A stretch of DNA of 64,000 nt from the NCBI GenBank assembly GCA_964016885.1, contig OZ024743.1, positions 336,722,001-336,786,000 of the forward strand, given 5' to 3'. A model generated the notes under the pieces. It made no database searches and had not been told where the DNA came from. It was given only the letters and a program-made list of their open reading frames with translations. Origin of the DNA: Eledone cirrhosa (lineage: Eukaryota). Numbering within the stretch: position 1 is the stretch's first letter; every line of letters begins with the position of its first letter. The position numbers were made by a program, and so were the translations under genes. Below, piece after piece: positions 1-17,990 of this stretch.

Positions 1-1857
<1,857 letters not shown>

Positions 1858-2053
1858 TTACATAAATAGAAGTGTGTTATACAGTGAAATGTGTGTAAAG
1901 CAGCCCAACCATTCGAATTTATTAGCACAACAATTTGGATCTCGTTAAGTATACTAGGATCGGAATTAAGAGTATTCCGCAGTTCACAGTAATAATAATA
2001 ATATTAGCTCAAAGAAGAATAGAGAATTTTCTTCTGAGCTCAGATACAAATAT

Positions 2054-2460
<407 letters not shown>

Positions 2461-3060
2461 AAACATATGTCTCCCTTTCATGCTCATCTAACTTATACAT
2501 ATTACACTTATTCATCCACTCTTCTACTTCTTTTCACAATATATCCTTAATTACATTACTATTGTTATATTTTTTTATTTTTTAATAATACATATCAACA
2601 ATTTCTTTCCATCGCACATATTATTAAACCCTTAAATATTATTCTTAATACATATTAACATTTTCTTTTCATCGCACATATTATTAAACCCTTCAATATA
2701 CAAACCTTAATTTAACATTATTCTAAAATTTTTCTCTTCGTTAATTTTCAAATTCTTTTAATTTATATATTATCTTCCAACGGTTTTTTCAACCTCTCTA
2801 TGTAAAACAATATATTTTTCTCAGTTATAAAAGCTATCTCTCTCTCTCTCTATCACCCATCTCTCCTCCTATCTCATCCTTCCTCATTATACTCCTCCCC
2901 CTCCACTTTTTACTCTCATCTCCTCCTCTTGTTCATCATTTCCAATATATATATTGAGGACGGCCGACCGGGGTAGAAGCTGCTAAATGTTCGATCGCCC
3001 TCATGTCTCTGATTTTCAGCCCCAAGGATTTTGTCTATTATATTCCTTTGTTATATTTCG

Positions 3061-3119
3061 AATACCTGATGATGTCACCGGATTCATACTGAACCCGGTC
3101 ATTGAAATGATCATAGTAT
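3061..3119 (+). ncRNA. Type I hammerhead ribozyme motif (minimal, PLE-type)
   Basis: atac-CTGATGA-[tgtcaccgg...ccggtcatt]-GAAA-tgatca-TA-gtat; palindromic stem III. Confidence 0.6.
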
Positions 3120-3166
3120 AATAAACCTTTTAAGGAATTACACCAGTCCAGCCTACTGTTATGTTG

Positions 3167-3216
<50 letters not shown>

Positions 3217-3542
3217 CTTTCTTTATTATTATTATTTTTATATGAAATTCTGATTGATTTTCCTTATATCCCATGTCTGATTTTTTAGCCTTAGAGAATA
3301 ACTATGTGTGTATATGGGTGGTCCATACATGTATTTATTATATTTTAATATCTCTATGTGTGCATCGATCGTGTATACATATATTTATTCTTTTAATATC
3401 CAATTGAGTTCTTAAACACGTGGTTATCTTATCTTTATAAGGACTGCTGGCCATTCGAATCTAGCAGTCTCTTTAGCGCTGAAGGAGACCATCACTAATT
3501 TATTATTGTCGATGTAATTTTTATATCGATATTATTTGGGCA

Positions 3543-3666
3543 TCCACTGATGAGTTTATAAGAGCTCGCTTGTGTATAAGATTATGGATTATATACAAGT
3601 TTCTACATAACCTGGACATTATTTATCCCAAATTGTAGAAATCTTAAAACGAAACGATCGTCTGGA
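3543..3666 (+). ncRNA. Type I hammerhead ribozyme motif with ~97-nt branched stem II
   Basis: tcca-CTGATGA-gtttataaga...tcttaaaac-GAAAC-gatc-GTC-tgga. Confidence 0.7.
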
Positions 3667-3984
3667 AGGAAAGAGATATTTATTTAATTATGTCTCATAT
3701 AAAATAATACAACCAGCTATCCACGAAATACTGATTAGTTAGCACCCCAAACACTAAATTGGGAGAATACTTAGGTATATCGAAATGTTTGTTGAGTGAG
3801 ATGGAGTTCGTCAGAGTATCGCTTAAGGCTTTCTCTGTTAATGTATTAAGTATTAATTATATATATATATATATATGAAATGAAATGAATTGGAGCGATG
3901 AGTGCATAAAATGTTCATAAAATTTAAGAAGAGTGGTATAAATGGAGATGACTGGAGATGACCTAGGCTGAGAGCATGTACATG

Positions 3985-4225
3985 ATCAGCCACGGCATTC
4001 TCAGTCATCCCCATTTATGGATTACCTGACCATTGTACGCATCCCTTCCACAAATAGTGAAAGTGCAAACGTTCCAGTATGGTCAGACGTGGGCCAGGAC
4101 AAAGCAAGACGGTCAGTCTATAGTAGCTGACTGAGACGATGTCTGCGTTCGTCACCTCTGCCCGACCTTTCAGAGATAGCTTTCTCTCGGCCCATTTCTG
4201 GGTGAGAGTAGCCAACATCGTTACC
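3985..4225 (-). mobile_element. Old internal fragment of the Tx1-like family ORF2
   Basis: Translates 'LTQKWAERKLSLKGRAEVTNA..YYRLTV', near-identical to ORF2 at 35076..38495. Confidence 0.9.
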
Positions 4226-4229
4226 ACAT

Positions 4230-6848
4230 CCCAGCTTGAGTCTTTACTTAACGGGACATTACAAAACATAGACACAGGATAGATTGGAAATGAAATTCAA
4301 CACTAAGAGAAAAGAGCTAAATGTTATCACAGATAAACTTAAGCAACGCGTTATAGCAAAAAGTGCAAAGATTAAACGATATGAGAACAGAGTTAGTCAG
4401 TATTGACAGAACCGCATGTTTAACAACCGGACGATGTTATTTGAACAACTTGAAGGGAAAGAAAGAGGTAACGACGCGATCCCTGAAGCTGAACAGACCA
4501 GCACATTCTGGAGAGGGGTATGGAAGCAGGATGTTGAACATAATAGTCAGGCAGTGTGGATTGAGACAGTTAAAAAGGAGGTTAGTAACCAAGCACACCA
4601 ACAACCTGATTTGAGTATCACGGTTGAAACTCTTAAAAAGCAGGCCAATAAACTAATCAACTGGAAATCACCAGGCCCAGATGGTGTGAAAAGGATATTG
4701 GATAAAATAATATAACATCCCTCCACCCAAAACTGACAGCCATGTTCAATGACTGCTTGGTGTCGGGTGTAGTACCAGAGTGGTTGATAAAGGGTACCAG
4801 GGTTCTGGTAATGAAAGACTGAATCAAGGTTAATGATGTTACACATGTCTGTGGGTAATGTGGAAACTGCTAACAAGCATTCTGTCTAAAAAAATCTACC
4901 ATCACCTCCACATAAACAAATTATTGCCGGACAAATAGAAAGGATGCCGAAAGAAGTCCCGTCGTACAAAAGATCAGTTACCCATTGATAAGATTGTAAT
5001 AAAGAACTTCAAGAGGAGGCATACTGGTCTTGCCATGGGATGGATAGATTACAAGAAGGCATTCGACATGGTACCTCATTCTTGGATAACCAAAAGCCTA
5101 GAGATCTTCAAGGTGGCAGACAACATCAGACAGCTATTAAGTAATATGGGAAACAGAGCTAACATCAGGTGGAGAATCATTGGGAGGAGTGAAGATCAAG
5201 AGAAGTATCTTCCAAGGAGATAGTTTGTCCCCTCTATTGTTTGTCCTTACCCTCATCCCCTCGTCACTCATATTGCGAAAAGTGAGAGCAGGATACAATC
5301 TGAGAAGAGGAGAGCTTACCATTAACCACCTCCTCTTCATGGATGATCTAAAACTCTTTGGGAAAAGCGATGAGCTGGATGTACTTGTTGACACTGTCCG
5401 TATTTTCAGCAATGATATATGTATGGAATTTGGTGTTAATAAGTGTGGAGTTCTAGTGATGAAGAGGGGTAAATTGAACAGAAGCAACGGAATCCAAATA
5501 CCAACGGATGAGATTATGAAGGAAATCAACACTGGAGAGGGATACAGATATCTGGACGTTCTGGGGTAAGATGACATCAAGAACAATAACATGAAGGAAT
5601 TGATAAGATCTGAGTACATAAGGAGAGTAAGGAACATACTAAAATCACATCTAAATAGTAGAAATGCCATAAGTGCAGTAAATTCCAGAGCTGTGTTTAT
5701 TACTACAGTGTGGGAATTCTCAAATGGAATGTTACTGAACAAAAACAAATGGATAGGAAGACTAGGAACCTAACAAGCTACAGAATGTTCCACAAGAAGA
5801 GTGATGTTGATAAACTCTACTTAAAGAGATCTGAAGGAGGAAGAGTTCTTATCAGCGTAGAGGATTGTGATCAGATGGAGATGAGCTGTCTACACAAATA
5901 TGTGTCGTAGAGTAGGGAGCCGATGCTCAAAGTTGTACTGAAGACAATAGACCAGGGGATGTCCAAGAAGGAAATAACAACAAAAAGGAAGAGCAACCTT
6001 CATGAAAAAGTCCTTCATAGCACCTTTTTTAAGAAAAAGGAGTTCAGAGATCCACAGACATAGAGCTGGTTTAAAAGAGGAGACCTTAAAAAGCTACAGA
6101 AGGAATTCTACTGGCTGCTCAGGAGCAAGCCATCAGAATGAAGTGGGTGAAACACCATATTGTCAAGGAGGAGGCTATCCCACTCTGTATGATATGTGGA
6201 GAGAGAGAGAGAGGGGAGACTGTGGCTCACATCGTATCCGCGTGTAAACACCTAGCCTAGACTCACTATAAAGGATGGAGGCACGATATAATAGGAAAAG
6301 TGATTCACTGGCATTTATGCAAACTAAATAATTTACCACATTCTGAGAAGTGGTATGAGCATAAGCCAGAATCGGTGATAGAAAACGATCAGGTGAAGGT
6401 GCTATGGGATTTTAGGATACAGACGGACAAGAAATTAGAACACAATAGGTCTGACCTGGTGGTTTTTGACAAGGAAAAAAAATCGAGCCAGATTGTAGAT
6501 GTAGCCTGCCCATTTGACACAAGAGTGCAAGAAAAGGAGGAGAAAATTAACCGATACCAGGATTTAAAGTGGGAATTTAAAAGTATTTGGGACTGTCATG
6601 AGATCAAGGTCGTCTCGATTGTCATAGGAGAACTAGGTACTATCTCGAATAGTATTCAAGGATGGTTAAAGAAGATTAGTCCAGCCCCCTTTTTTGGAAT
6701 ACTTCAAAGGGCATGCTTGCTGAGAACAGCAAGAACACTCCGATGCGTCCTGAATATCTGAGGTTGTAGGTAGCGGCTTAATGTTATAAACTTTGCAGTT
6801 AAATAACATCAATGACTGAGACTCCAAGAAAATAATAATAATAATAAT
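4230..6848 (+). mobile_element. Degenerate R4/Dong-like non-LTR retrotransposon (family A), RT + CCHC + restriction-like endonuclease, (TAA)n tail
   Basis: Fragments 'WKSPGPDG', '[16 protein letters not shown]', '[12 protein letters not shown]', 'HLLFMDDLKLF', 'DLVVFDKEKK..IVDVACPFD..EKINRYQDL'; many stops/frameshifts; (TAA)n at ~6831-6848. Confidence 0.9.
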
Positions 6849-7245
6849 TTCTTTATTAGCCACACTGGGCTTACATTAAGGAAACATTAAAGACGACACA
6901 CGACGATACAGTGCGGGTTTATCTTTGTGTAAAATAAAATTTATAAAATAAATATTTAAAACAAACATAACAACTTCCCCAAAGCTGAGGAGACTCTAAG
7001 GGTCACTCGTGTAGAAATTCCACAAAAGCCACGGTCACCCTGTACTCCAGGGCAAAGTGCCCTCTTTCAGTTTTCCAACTCCAATCTACAGGTGTATGCT
7101 CAAGGCAGACCCATTCACACGGACCATGCTTGCTATTCTAACCCCTCTTTCAACAAACTAGTTGGAAGCAGCACTTCCCTCTCCACCCTGATTTTCCTCT
7201 TCAAGTGAAATCTGAAAAAGTTAATCAGGGTTTCGACGAAGAGGA
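6849..7245 (-). mobile_element. Diverged 3' end of a Tx1-like element
   Basis: tttctttattagccacac...aagtgccctctttcagttttcca...cccattcac...ctgattttcctcttcaagtgaaat aligns by eye with 34826-35220. Confidence 0.8.
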
Positions 7246-8519
7246 AATGGATGTGCCTCTATATATCTTCTTTAAAGACTTCTTTACGCACTGTCAGGTT
7301 AATACTTGACAGTGTATCCCAACCTGTCCCTGTTCTGTATACAACCTCCCACCTGCATAATTATGATATGTTGTGTTATGTTATGTACTATTATATGTAC
7401 TGTAATGACAAAACTATGCTCTCTATGTGAGAGTAGAGATGTCCGCATATAAGGTTAGATGTATATATGTATGTGTATGGATTATTATGCACTGTTATAT
7501 GTACTAGCAAAGAAACCACCCTTCGGGGGGTTTTCTGCTAGCATATGTAGTGCGCATATTTATATTATAATCAAATATGATATGTCAAATAAAATCGTAA
7601 TTGACAATATGCACAGAAATTGAAGAGAGAGACTGTGTTACACTGTCTTCTGTAATCTCTTCTGTAATCCATGATGCATTTAAAAATGACGATATTATAT
7701 AGAAACTGCATTACGGTGAAATGTAATGAAACCTTATATAACGATGCAAATATATGGATGTTTATATAAGCGATGTAATAAGTGTTATAATATAACGGAC
7801 GCTAACCGGAATTGTTGACATTTGAACATTTTAAAAGTGAATCTTAGAATAAGCAATCCTTATATATAAGAATATTTATGTTTAATCAACAGCTACGAAA
7901 TTTAGTGGATAAATTATGTAATATTCATTAATTATTTATTCAAAGTAATCTAACTTATTTTACTAACGGGATAAAAAAAATATATTCAGGACGCAGTCCC
8001 GCATTCCTGCCTTTATTATAGTTATGATTGTATATTACTATATTCTTATATTCTTATATTTGTGTATGGATTATTATGCAATAATATATGTAATATATAT
8101 TACTATATTCTTACATCATTATATTTTTCATCAATACCAGGAGGATGTTTGGTATCATTATTATTTCTATAGCTGTTATAATTATCATTACTTTTATAAT
8201 TAGTCAGGCAACGATCATTATCATTATCACTGATTACACTTATGGCTAATCACATTCAACATAATGGCCAATACATATATCTAATATTTCTTTATATATT
8301 TTTTATCTTTTATATATTTTTATATTTTTATACCATTTTAATATTCCATATTTTCTTGTATATTTTAAAGATACTTTTTATATATAAGGATAAGGATAAA
8401 GAACCCATAACTCTTTGTCGAGTCGTAGAGGCAACGTCATACGGCGTGTCTATGGCACATTAAAACCCGGTGGAGCTCAACCCTCTACTGGTCTGAACAC
8501 AGCCGATGTTTTTTCTATA

Positions 8520-8620
8520 ATCGACCCCAGTACTGGAAAGGATGAAAGGCAAAGTTGACCACGGCGGGATTTGAACTCAGAGCGCGCGAATACCGTAAAG
8601 CATTCTATCCGACGTCTTAA
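8520..8620 (-). mobile_element. tRNA-derived SINE fragment
   Basis: gaaaggatgaaaggcaaagttgacc..cgggatttgaactcaga (B-box-like on minus strand). Confidence 0.6.
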
Positions 8621-8626
8621 GGTCTT

Positions 8627-8910
8627 ATAAAAGGTAATGACGCCCTTCGATCACCTATATTTGCACCTAAAAAGTTACCCTCAGAGGCACAAGTCCGGGC
8701 ACGGTTGTTTGTGGAAGACCAGCAGTCGCCCATGCATACCAGTCTCTCCTATTCACACCACCAATGTTGTCCAAGGGAAAGGCAAAGGCCGATACAGCTT
8801 GGCGCCAGTGACGTCACAACTCATTTCTACAGCTGAGTGAACTGGAGCAACGTGAAATAAAGTGTCTTCCTCAAGAGCACAACGCAAAGCCTGGTCCGAG
8901 AATCGAACTT
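8627..8910 (-). mobile_element. tRNA-derived SINE with CORE-like central domain
   Basis: cagctgagtgaactggagcaacgtgaaataaagtgtctt.ctcaag..cacaac...gaatcgaac, the reverse complement of B-box + CORE-like motif. Confidence 0.7.
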
Positions 8911-9256
8911 ATTTATATATATGAAAAGATTCAGGACCCCGACGGCTGAGCCCCGGTCGTTTCGACAGCTATATATATATATATCAGCAAATGAATGAGT
9001 GAATGAAAGAGTTACAAGCCGTTAAAGAAGAATTCTCCGCATACAGGCTTAATAATGGTGACGGTATCTTACTAACACCTACCGGCAAGCATAGGGTAAC
9101 CCAGAGCGGCCCAACAAGGGGTAGGTTAGCACATGGGGCTAATATGCGCAGAGCACAAAATAGACAGCAGCCCAACCGCCTTGGTAGAAAGACCCACCAG
9201 GGCTTAAACGTCCGCAATAAACCAGCGACGACACGGAAACGCCGGCGTAATGTCAT

Positions 9257-10117
9257 ATGATTCCTCCCCCCCCCCCTTACTCTAGGAGTATAGCCTTTAA
9301 CATACCCAGAATCTTCGACGCCTTAGAGAGGAACTTCCTACCTAACCACAGGTACCACAAGATCCTCAACAAGAATAACGTCAAGATATCTTATTCTACT
9401 ACACATAATTTAGCAGACCTTATAGCACTAAGCAACCACAGTAAGCTCACTAGAATAAAACCAGCCCGTAATGCCAACATTGGTGAATATGGCTACTCGG
9501 TTAACCTTAACAATTCCGTTGCCCAGAATAGTAGCAGCAATAGTAACCAGGACAGTAATCATAGTATTAGCAGTTACGTCTACAATAGCAACACCATAGA
9601 AACTAACCACAGCGCTAGTAGGGAGGCCGACGACCAGGTTAGATACCATAGCAGCGATAACAACGGCCGTAGAAGGCGCTGTAATACGAGCAATAGAAAT
9701 GGCATCATGTCGCTGGACTATAACTACCATAATGCTAACCGCAAAAATGATAACAATGGTGATGGTGATAATGATAGTAATAGGGTTAGCAGCGGTCCTC
9801 ACCATTTTAGAAATAGCAACATAAAACACTGCAATTGCCGAAACCCTAACAACTGTCCGTTCCAAGGCTACTGTTTGATTAGAAACGTAACCTATAAATG
9901 CACAGTTACGAGTTATAATAGTGCTAGGTCTTACATAGACGCCAGATCTGGAGAATTCAAGACTAGATTTAGAGCGCATCTCCACTCATTTAGGAATAGG
10001 AAACTAAGATTCTCTACCTCCCTCGCTAATTATATTACTCAATTAACCGACTCCAACATTAGCTACACCACGCAATGGGAAATTACGAACCAATCAGCCC
10101 CGTATAATTTCAGGTAA
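9257..10117 (+). pseudogene. PLE thumb / Asn-rich linker / GIY-YIG endonuclease fragment
   Basis: 'HRYHKILNKNNVKISYSTT..CNCRNPNNCPFQGYCLIRNVTYKC..SYID..EFKTRFRAHLHSF'. Confidence 0.85.
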
Positions 10118-10884
10118 AATTGCCAGCTCTGCTTAATGAAGTTATACTATATAGTACAAGCACCCCAGGGACTCATTAATAGTCGGGCCGAAACAGTCAT
10201 CAATTGCGGCCGCCGACTGCAAAAATCCTTCTTCAGATGGACACCTGAACCTGAATAACATCATATCCCTGCAGCTCTCTGCATCGCACCCTGGCCTGAC
10301 CCACATGCAGTAGGCTTACCAATGTGCAACGTCTAATGACAACATCAACCACCCATCGGTTTCCCACCGGGACGCTGCGTGGCACCTACTGAGTTGGGCT
10401 CACCCTGCTAAATTCTTCCTCTTGGCTGGGCTGGGTTAAAATAAACTTATGAACCTACTACCTGAACCCGAATAGATTAATTAAACTTATGAACATACAT
10501 CTTGAACCTGAATAGCATCATACCTCCACAGCCTTCTATATCACACCCCAATACAGCCCCCCTACATTAGGTATACCAGTGTGCAATGTATAATGACACT
10601 ATCAACCATCTATTGGTTTCCTACCAAAGCACTGCACAATATCTACTGTGTCAGACCCACCCTGCTAATGTTAAAAAAATGTTTTCCCATAGCTGGATTT
10701 GGTCAAAAATAACTGAGTGATATCCAAGCAGGCACCAGGTAATTACTTCCCTTGGCGAGTTATATCCCTTTCACTGACCCCATTGTGTTTACTACTTTCG
10801 AACAGAATGCAGGGAGACGTGAAGTTGTTGTGATAATTTCTCAACGGTAATTATACTTACAGACCTAACTATTAGTATTTCTGC

Positions 10885-10922
10885 CTCAGATGAGCCCTTC
10901 TGGGCGAAACACGTGTAAGAGA
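10885..10922 (+). ncRNA. Mutated minimal hammerhead motif
   Basis: CAGATGA (U4A change)-gccc-ttct-gggc-GAAAC-acgt-GTA. Confidence 0.6.
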
Positions 10923-11381
10923 TGTTTTAACGGCTTGTAACTCTTTCCTTCACTCATTCATTTGCTTATTCCTGCTCTGCTTAAACCATACGTTAAATAT
11001 TAACCTCCTCTAATATTTAACCCTGCTAACCCAAGCTTCGGCTATTGGCATTTAATATTCTGTATCACACCTCTTTGTATCTCTCTGCTTCATTCTCTCC
11101 TACGATACTTTAATCCTATTGTATATATATATATGGAAAAGAATGAAATGAAATTTCATTTCTCACTCTTAGTACGGCTGATACTTAATATATAAGTATG
11201 TATACGTACATACATATATGTATACAGACGTACAGTAGTATGTATATATATACATATATGTACGTATGGGTTTACCGAATATTTATTATAATGTTCGGTT
11301 TGTTTGTAAACAAACAGCCCGAATTAAGCCGTACAGTGTTCGGCAACCATCGTCGCCCTTTTGTTCAACACTGACAAAGGA

Positions 11382-11424
11382 ACGATGAACTAGTTTCAAG
11401 CTTATTAGCTATCGTCAGCATCGT
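11382..11424 (-). ncRNA. Minimal type I hammerhead ribozyme motif
   Basis: Minus strand: acgatg-CTGACGA-t-agct-aata-agct-t-GAAAC-ta-GTT-catcgt (6-bp stem I). Confidence 0.8.
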
Positions 11425-11468
11425 ATACCTTCCTGTCAGATAATTGAATGTTTGAAAGTATATACTTT

Positions 11469-14121
<2,653 letters not shown>

Positions 14122-14125
<4 letters not shown>

Positions 14126-14306
14126 AGGGAGTAGGACCCCGACGGCTGAGCTCAAGCTGTTTCGACGGCTAATTCTGGACTGGAGTCGAAACGGCTTGAG
14201 CTCAGCCGTCGGGGTCCTACTCGTTCCTATTACCCACTCTACTACGCTAAGTATTGAGTACTTTGGTGCGTTATGGTCCACTTGGTTCCTTACCACATTT
14301 CCTTCG

Positions 14307-14308
<2 letters not shown>
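14122..14308 (+). mobile_element. Miniature palindromic PLE end (inverted + direct copy of HHR 3' half and pLTR tail)
   Basis: 14122-14167 is the reverse complement of 14185-14230; 14185-14308 resembles 28317-28440; (TA)n on both sides. Confidence 0.85.
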
Positions 14309-14358
<50 letters not shown>

Positions 14359-14362
<4 letters not shown>

Positions 14363-14545
14363 CAACTAGAAATTGATTAACATATGAATAAACATGAAAC
14401 AATCACAGGGGATAATTTTTACGAGTGTGTAAGCGCACATAGCTAGGTAGGTAACTAGCTATGTGTGCTTACACACTTATAAAAATTATCCCCTGTGATT
14501 GTTTCATATGTTTATTTATATGTTAATCAATTTCTAGTTGTTATA
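14359..14545. repeat. ~185-bp foldback palindrome
   Basis: aacaactagaaattgattaacat...cacatagctag / ctagctatgtgtg...atgttaatcaatttctagttgtt. Confidence 0.9.
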
Positions 14546-14738
14546 AAATACTCGGACCTATTCATTAGAAACTTGGAGCTTATTTTACGGGTGATATGGC
14601 GCATGCCTTTCTGGCATGACACCCATAATTTTGATTTAGATTAAATTCACTTTGATTTATCTTAATTTTGGATATAGATATATATGTATATACCAAGATA
14701 ATAATAAATGGAAACTATTTTTATAAAACCATATTTAT

Positions 14739-14797
14739 TTTATTATATATATTTCAAGGGCGACCAAGCAAATCTTGGTGCGCTTTCATCAGATAAA
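14739..14797 (-). ncRNA. Hammerhead motif (inverted copy)
   Basis: Reverse complement of 19438-19496. Confidence 0.7.
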
Positions 14798-16269
14798 ATA
14801 CAAAATTTGTTTTATAAATAATGACATACTTATGGAGATCACACCTTAACGGTCCGAAGATTCGCTGGATAGTGGGGACTTATTAGGGGTAATAGAAAGT
14901 TATGTGTGGATATGCAAATGAATTTATGAAAAATTGAAAAAACAACCGGTTATTTAAATTACTCTGGGGGAGGATGTGAATATAGAGAGAGCGAAAAATT
15001 ACTGTTATGAGATATATAGAAAAATAGAGACAAGAGAGAAATTTAACAGAGCATGAACAGATATAACCTAAATAAATCTTAAATTAGAGTTACGTATATT
15101 TAGTAATTATTTTGTTGTAATATAATACAATATTAAGTTTTATAGGTAAAAGGAAATATATATATAGAAAAAATATATATAAAAAATATATATATATAAG
15201 AATATATATTGAAAATATAATAATATATATTGAAAAATAAATTGAGAGTAAATAGATATAAGTGGAAAATAGATAGAAAAATATAGATAGAAGAATAGAT
15301 ATATGAATAGAGGAATGGATATATGAGTGGATATATGGGTATATTCTGTTATAGATAATTATTTTAATAATTTATGAGGGATACTGGTTTATATTTATAT
15401 TTAGTGTAAGTAATTAAATTAACTGAGTTAATATGAATATTTATGTTTCTAATATTTTTAATATTTTAAAATTGGGAAGATAGTGAAAATCCCAATTTTG
15501 TTTATTTATTATTTAGTATGAGACCATTTTGACGAAGATATAAGTTTTAAAAGATATATTTAGCCAGAATTAGTTGTTGGTTATATTAAAAAATATGAAA
15601 AAATATTAAGAAATATTAAAAAATATTTTTTTAAATATTAAAATATTAGAAAAAATTATATAATATAAAAAATATTAAGAGTTCTGGAAAAATTCTGGAA
15701 AAAATCTCTGGAAAAAAGTTTTTTTTTAAATTAAAAAAAATTTTTAAGAATCTCAAAAGATACTCCAAAAAACCATTTTAAAAATACTTAAACTATTTTA
15801 AATGTTTAAAATTATTCTAAAATAGTTAAAATATATAAAATATTTTAAAATATTTTAAAATATTTAAAACCCTTAAAAAGGACTTTAAAAATACTTTAAA
15901 AATACTTAAAAAATACTTTTAAAATATTTTAAAATATTAAAAAATATATAAAAATATTTTAAAATATTCAAAAAAATATTCAAAAAAATTTCAGGCTATA
16001 CAAATAAAATTAAATACATCGAAAACAAAGATAAGACAAAGAACCATAATATTAATTATATTTAAAATAAGAAACCTAACATAAACTCTAATACTAATAG
16101 AAGGAATAGAACTAGAAAGATAATTTGGTATGCACCTCCATTTTCCCTAAGTATTAAAACACCTTTAGCTAAACTATTTTTTAAAGCTCTAGATAAATGC
16201 TTTCCCAAAACCCATAGATACCATTCAATCTTTCACAGATATACAATAAAACTATCTTACTCTACAACT

Positions 16270-16818
16270 ATGAACTTAACACAAAATATAAATAGAATCA
16301 ATAACAGAAATCTAAACCAAAATAGCACTAATACCTCTAGCAATATCCAACTTAATAATACTGTTCCAAATAACATAAACTCTGCTAAATGTAATTGTAG
16401 AATTAAACCAAACTGTCCTTTAAAAAATAAATGCTTAGATAAAAATGTCGTCTATAAATGCTCTGTCAAAACCAATGATCATATATTCAACTATATAGGT
16501 TCTACTTCTACAGACTTCAAATCCCGTTTCAATAATCACAAATGCTCGTTTAATAATATTGGTAAAAAATCTTCAACTTCTCTATCAAACTTGATATGGA
16601 ACTTAAAATCTAAAAATATGGACTATTCTTTAACTTGGGATGTAGTTTCAGAAGCACCTGCCTACAAAAACACAGCTTTATCTAGATTTTGCAAATTGTG
16701 TGTTGAGGAAATTTTCTTCATACTTAAATGTAAGAATTCAATTAATATACGTATGAATTTATTCAGTTCTTGTAAACATCGCCTAAATTCAACATTTAAA
16801 AATATATATGAAATATAA
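16270..16818 (+). pseudogene. PLE GIY-YIG endonuclease fragment (homology begins ~15990)
   Basis: 'CNCRIKPNCPLKNKCLDKNVVYKC..NYIGSTSTDFKSRFNNH..CKLCVEE..CKHR'. Confidence 0.9.
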
Positions 16819-17990
16819 TTACACTTATAATTTTTTCTACATATTGTTCGATATATTCAAATGCCTATAATTTTCACTTACATCTTTATTCTTTACTGCT
16901 TAAATTTTTCACTTTTTATTTTTACTTCCAAAATATGTCATTTATATAAAAATTACTTTTTAAAAAATCACTTATTTCTTAAAAATTATTATCTTATAAA
17001 TCTATTTGTTTAAAATTTTTTTTTTTTTAAGTGTTTTTTAAGGGTTTTAAATATTTTAAAATATTTTTAAATATTTTAAATATTTTAAGAATTTCAGAAT
17101 AATTTTAAACATTTAAAATAGTTTAAGTATTTTTAAAAAGGTTTTTTGGGGTATCTTTTGAGATTCTTAAAACATTTTTTTAATTTTTTTAAAATTTTTT
17201 CCAGAGATTTTTTCCAAAATTTTTCCAGAAATCTTAATATTTTTATATTATATAATTTTTTATAATATTTTAATATTTTGACGAAGATATAAGTTTTAAA
17301 TGATATATTTAGCCAGAATTAGTTATTGGTTATATTAAAAAATATGAAAAAATATTAAGAAATATTAAAAAATATTTTTAAAATATTAAAATATTAGAAC
17401 AAATTATATAATATAAAAATATTAAGATTTCTGGAAAAATTCTGGAAAAAATCTATGGAAAAATTTTCTAAGAATCTCAAAAGATACTCCAAAACATCTT
17501 TTTAAAAATACTTAAAATATTTTAAATGTTTAAGATTATTCTGAAATACTTAAAATATTTAAAATATTTTAAAATATTTTAAAATATTTTAAAATATTTA
17601 AAACCCTTAAAAAACACTTTAAAAATAATTTAAAAAATTAAAAAAATTTTTAAACAAAATAGATTTATAAGATAATAATTTTTTAGAAATAAGTGATTTT
17701 TTAAAAATTAATTTTTAAATAAATGACATATTTTGGAAGTAAAAATAAAAAGTGAAATATTTAAGCAGTAAAGAATAAAGATGTAAAAATATTCAACAGT
17801 AAAGTATAAAGATTTAATAAGTAAAAATAAGTAAAAATATTAAAATTAAAATTAAAGTTAAAATTATAAATTTATAAAAATTAATAAAAATTTATGATCA
17901 TATATGTATATAATTTAAGAAATTTTAATAAGTGAAAATTATAGGCATTTGAATATATCGAACAATATGTAGAAAAAATTATAAGTGTAA

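Larger units (their letters stand above)
8985..11120 (+). mobile_element. 5'-truncated PLE with inverted pLTR fragment at its 5' end
   Basis: GIY-YIG ORF 9257..10117; 8985-9026 is the reverse complement of ~10926-10966; HHR-like motif at 10885. Confidence 0.85.

Noticed and set aside
3800-3815. tcgtcag (minus-strand CUGACGA) as a hammerhead core
   Set aside because: No matching stem II and GAAA
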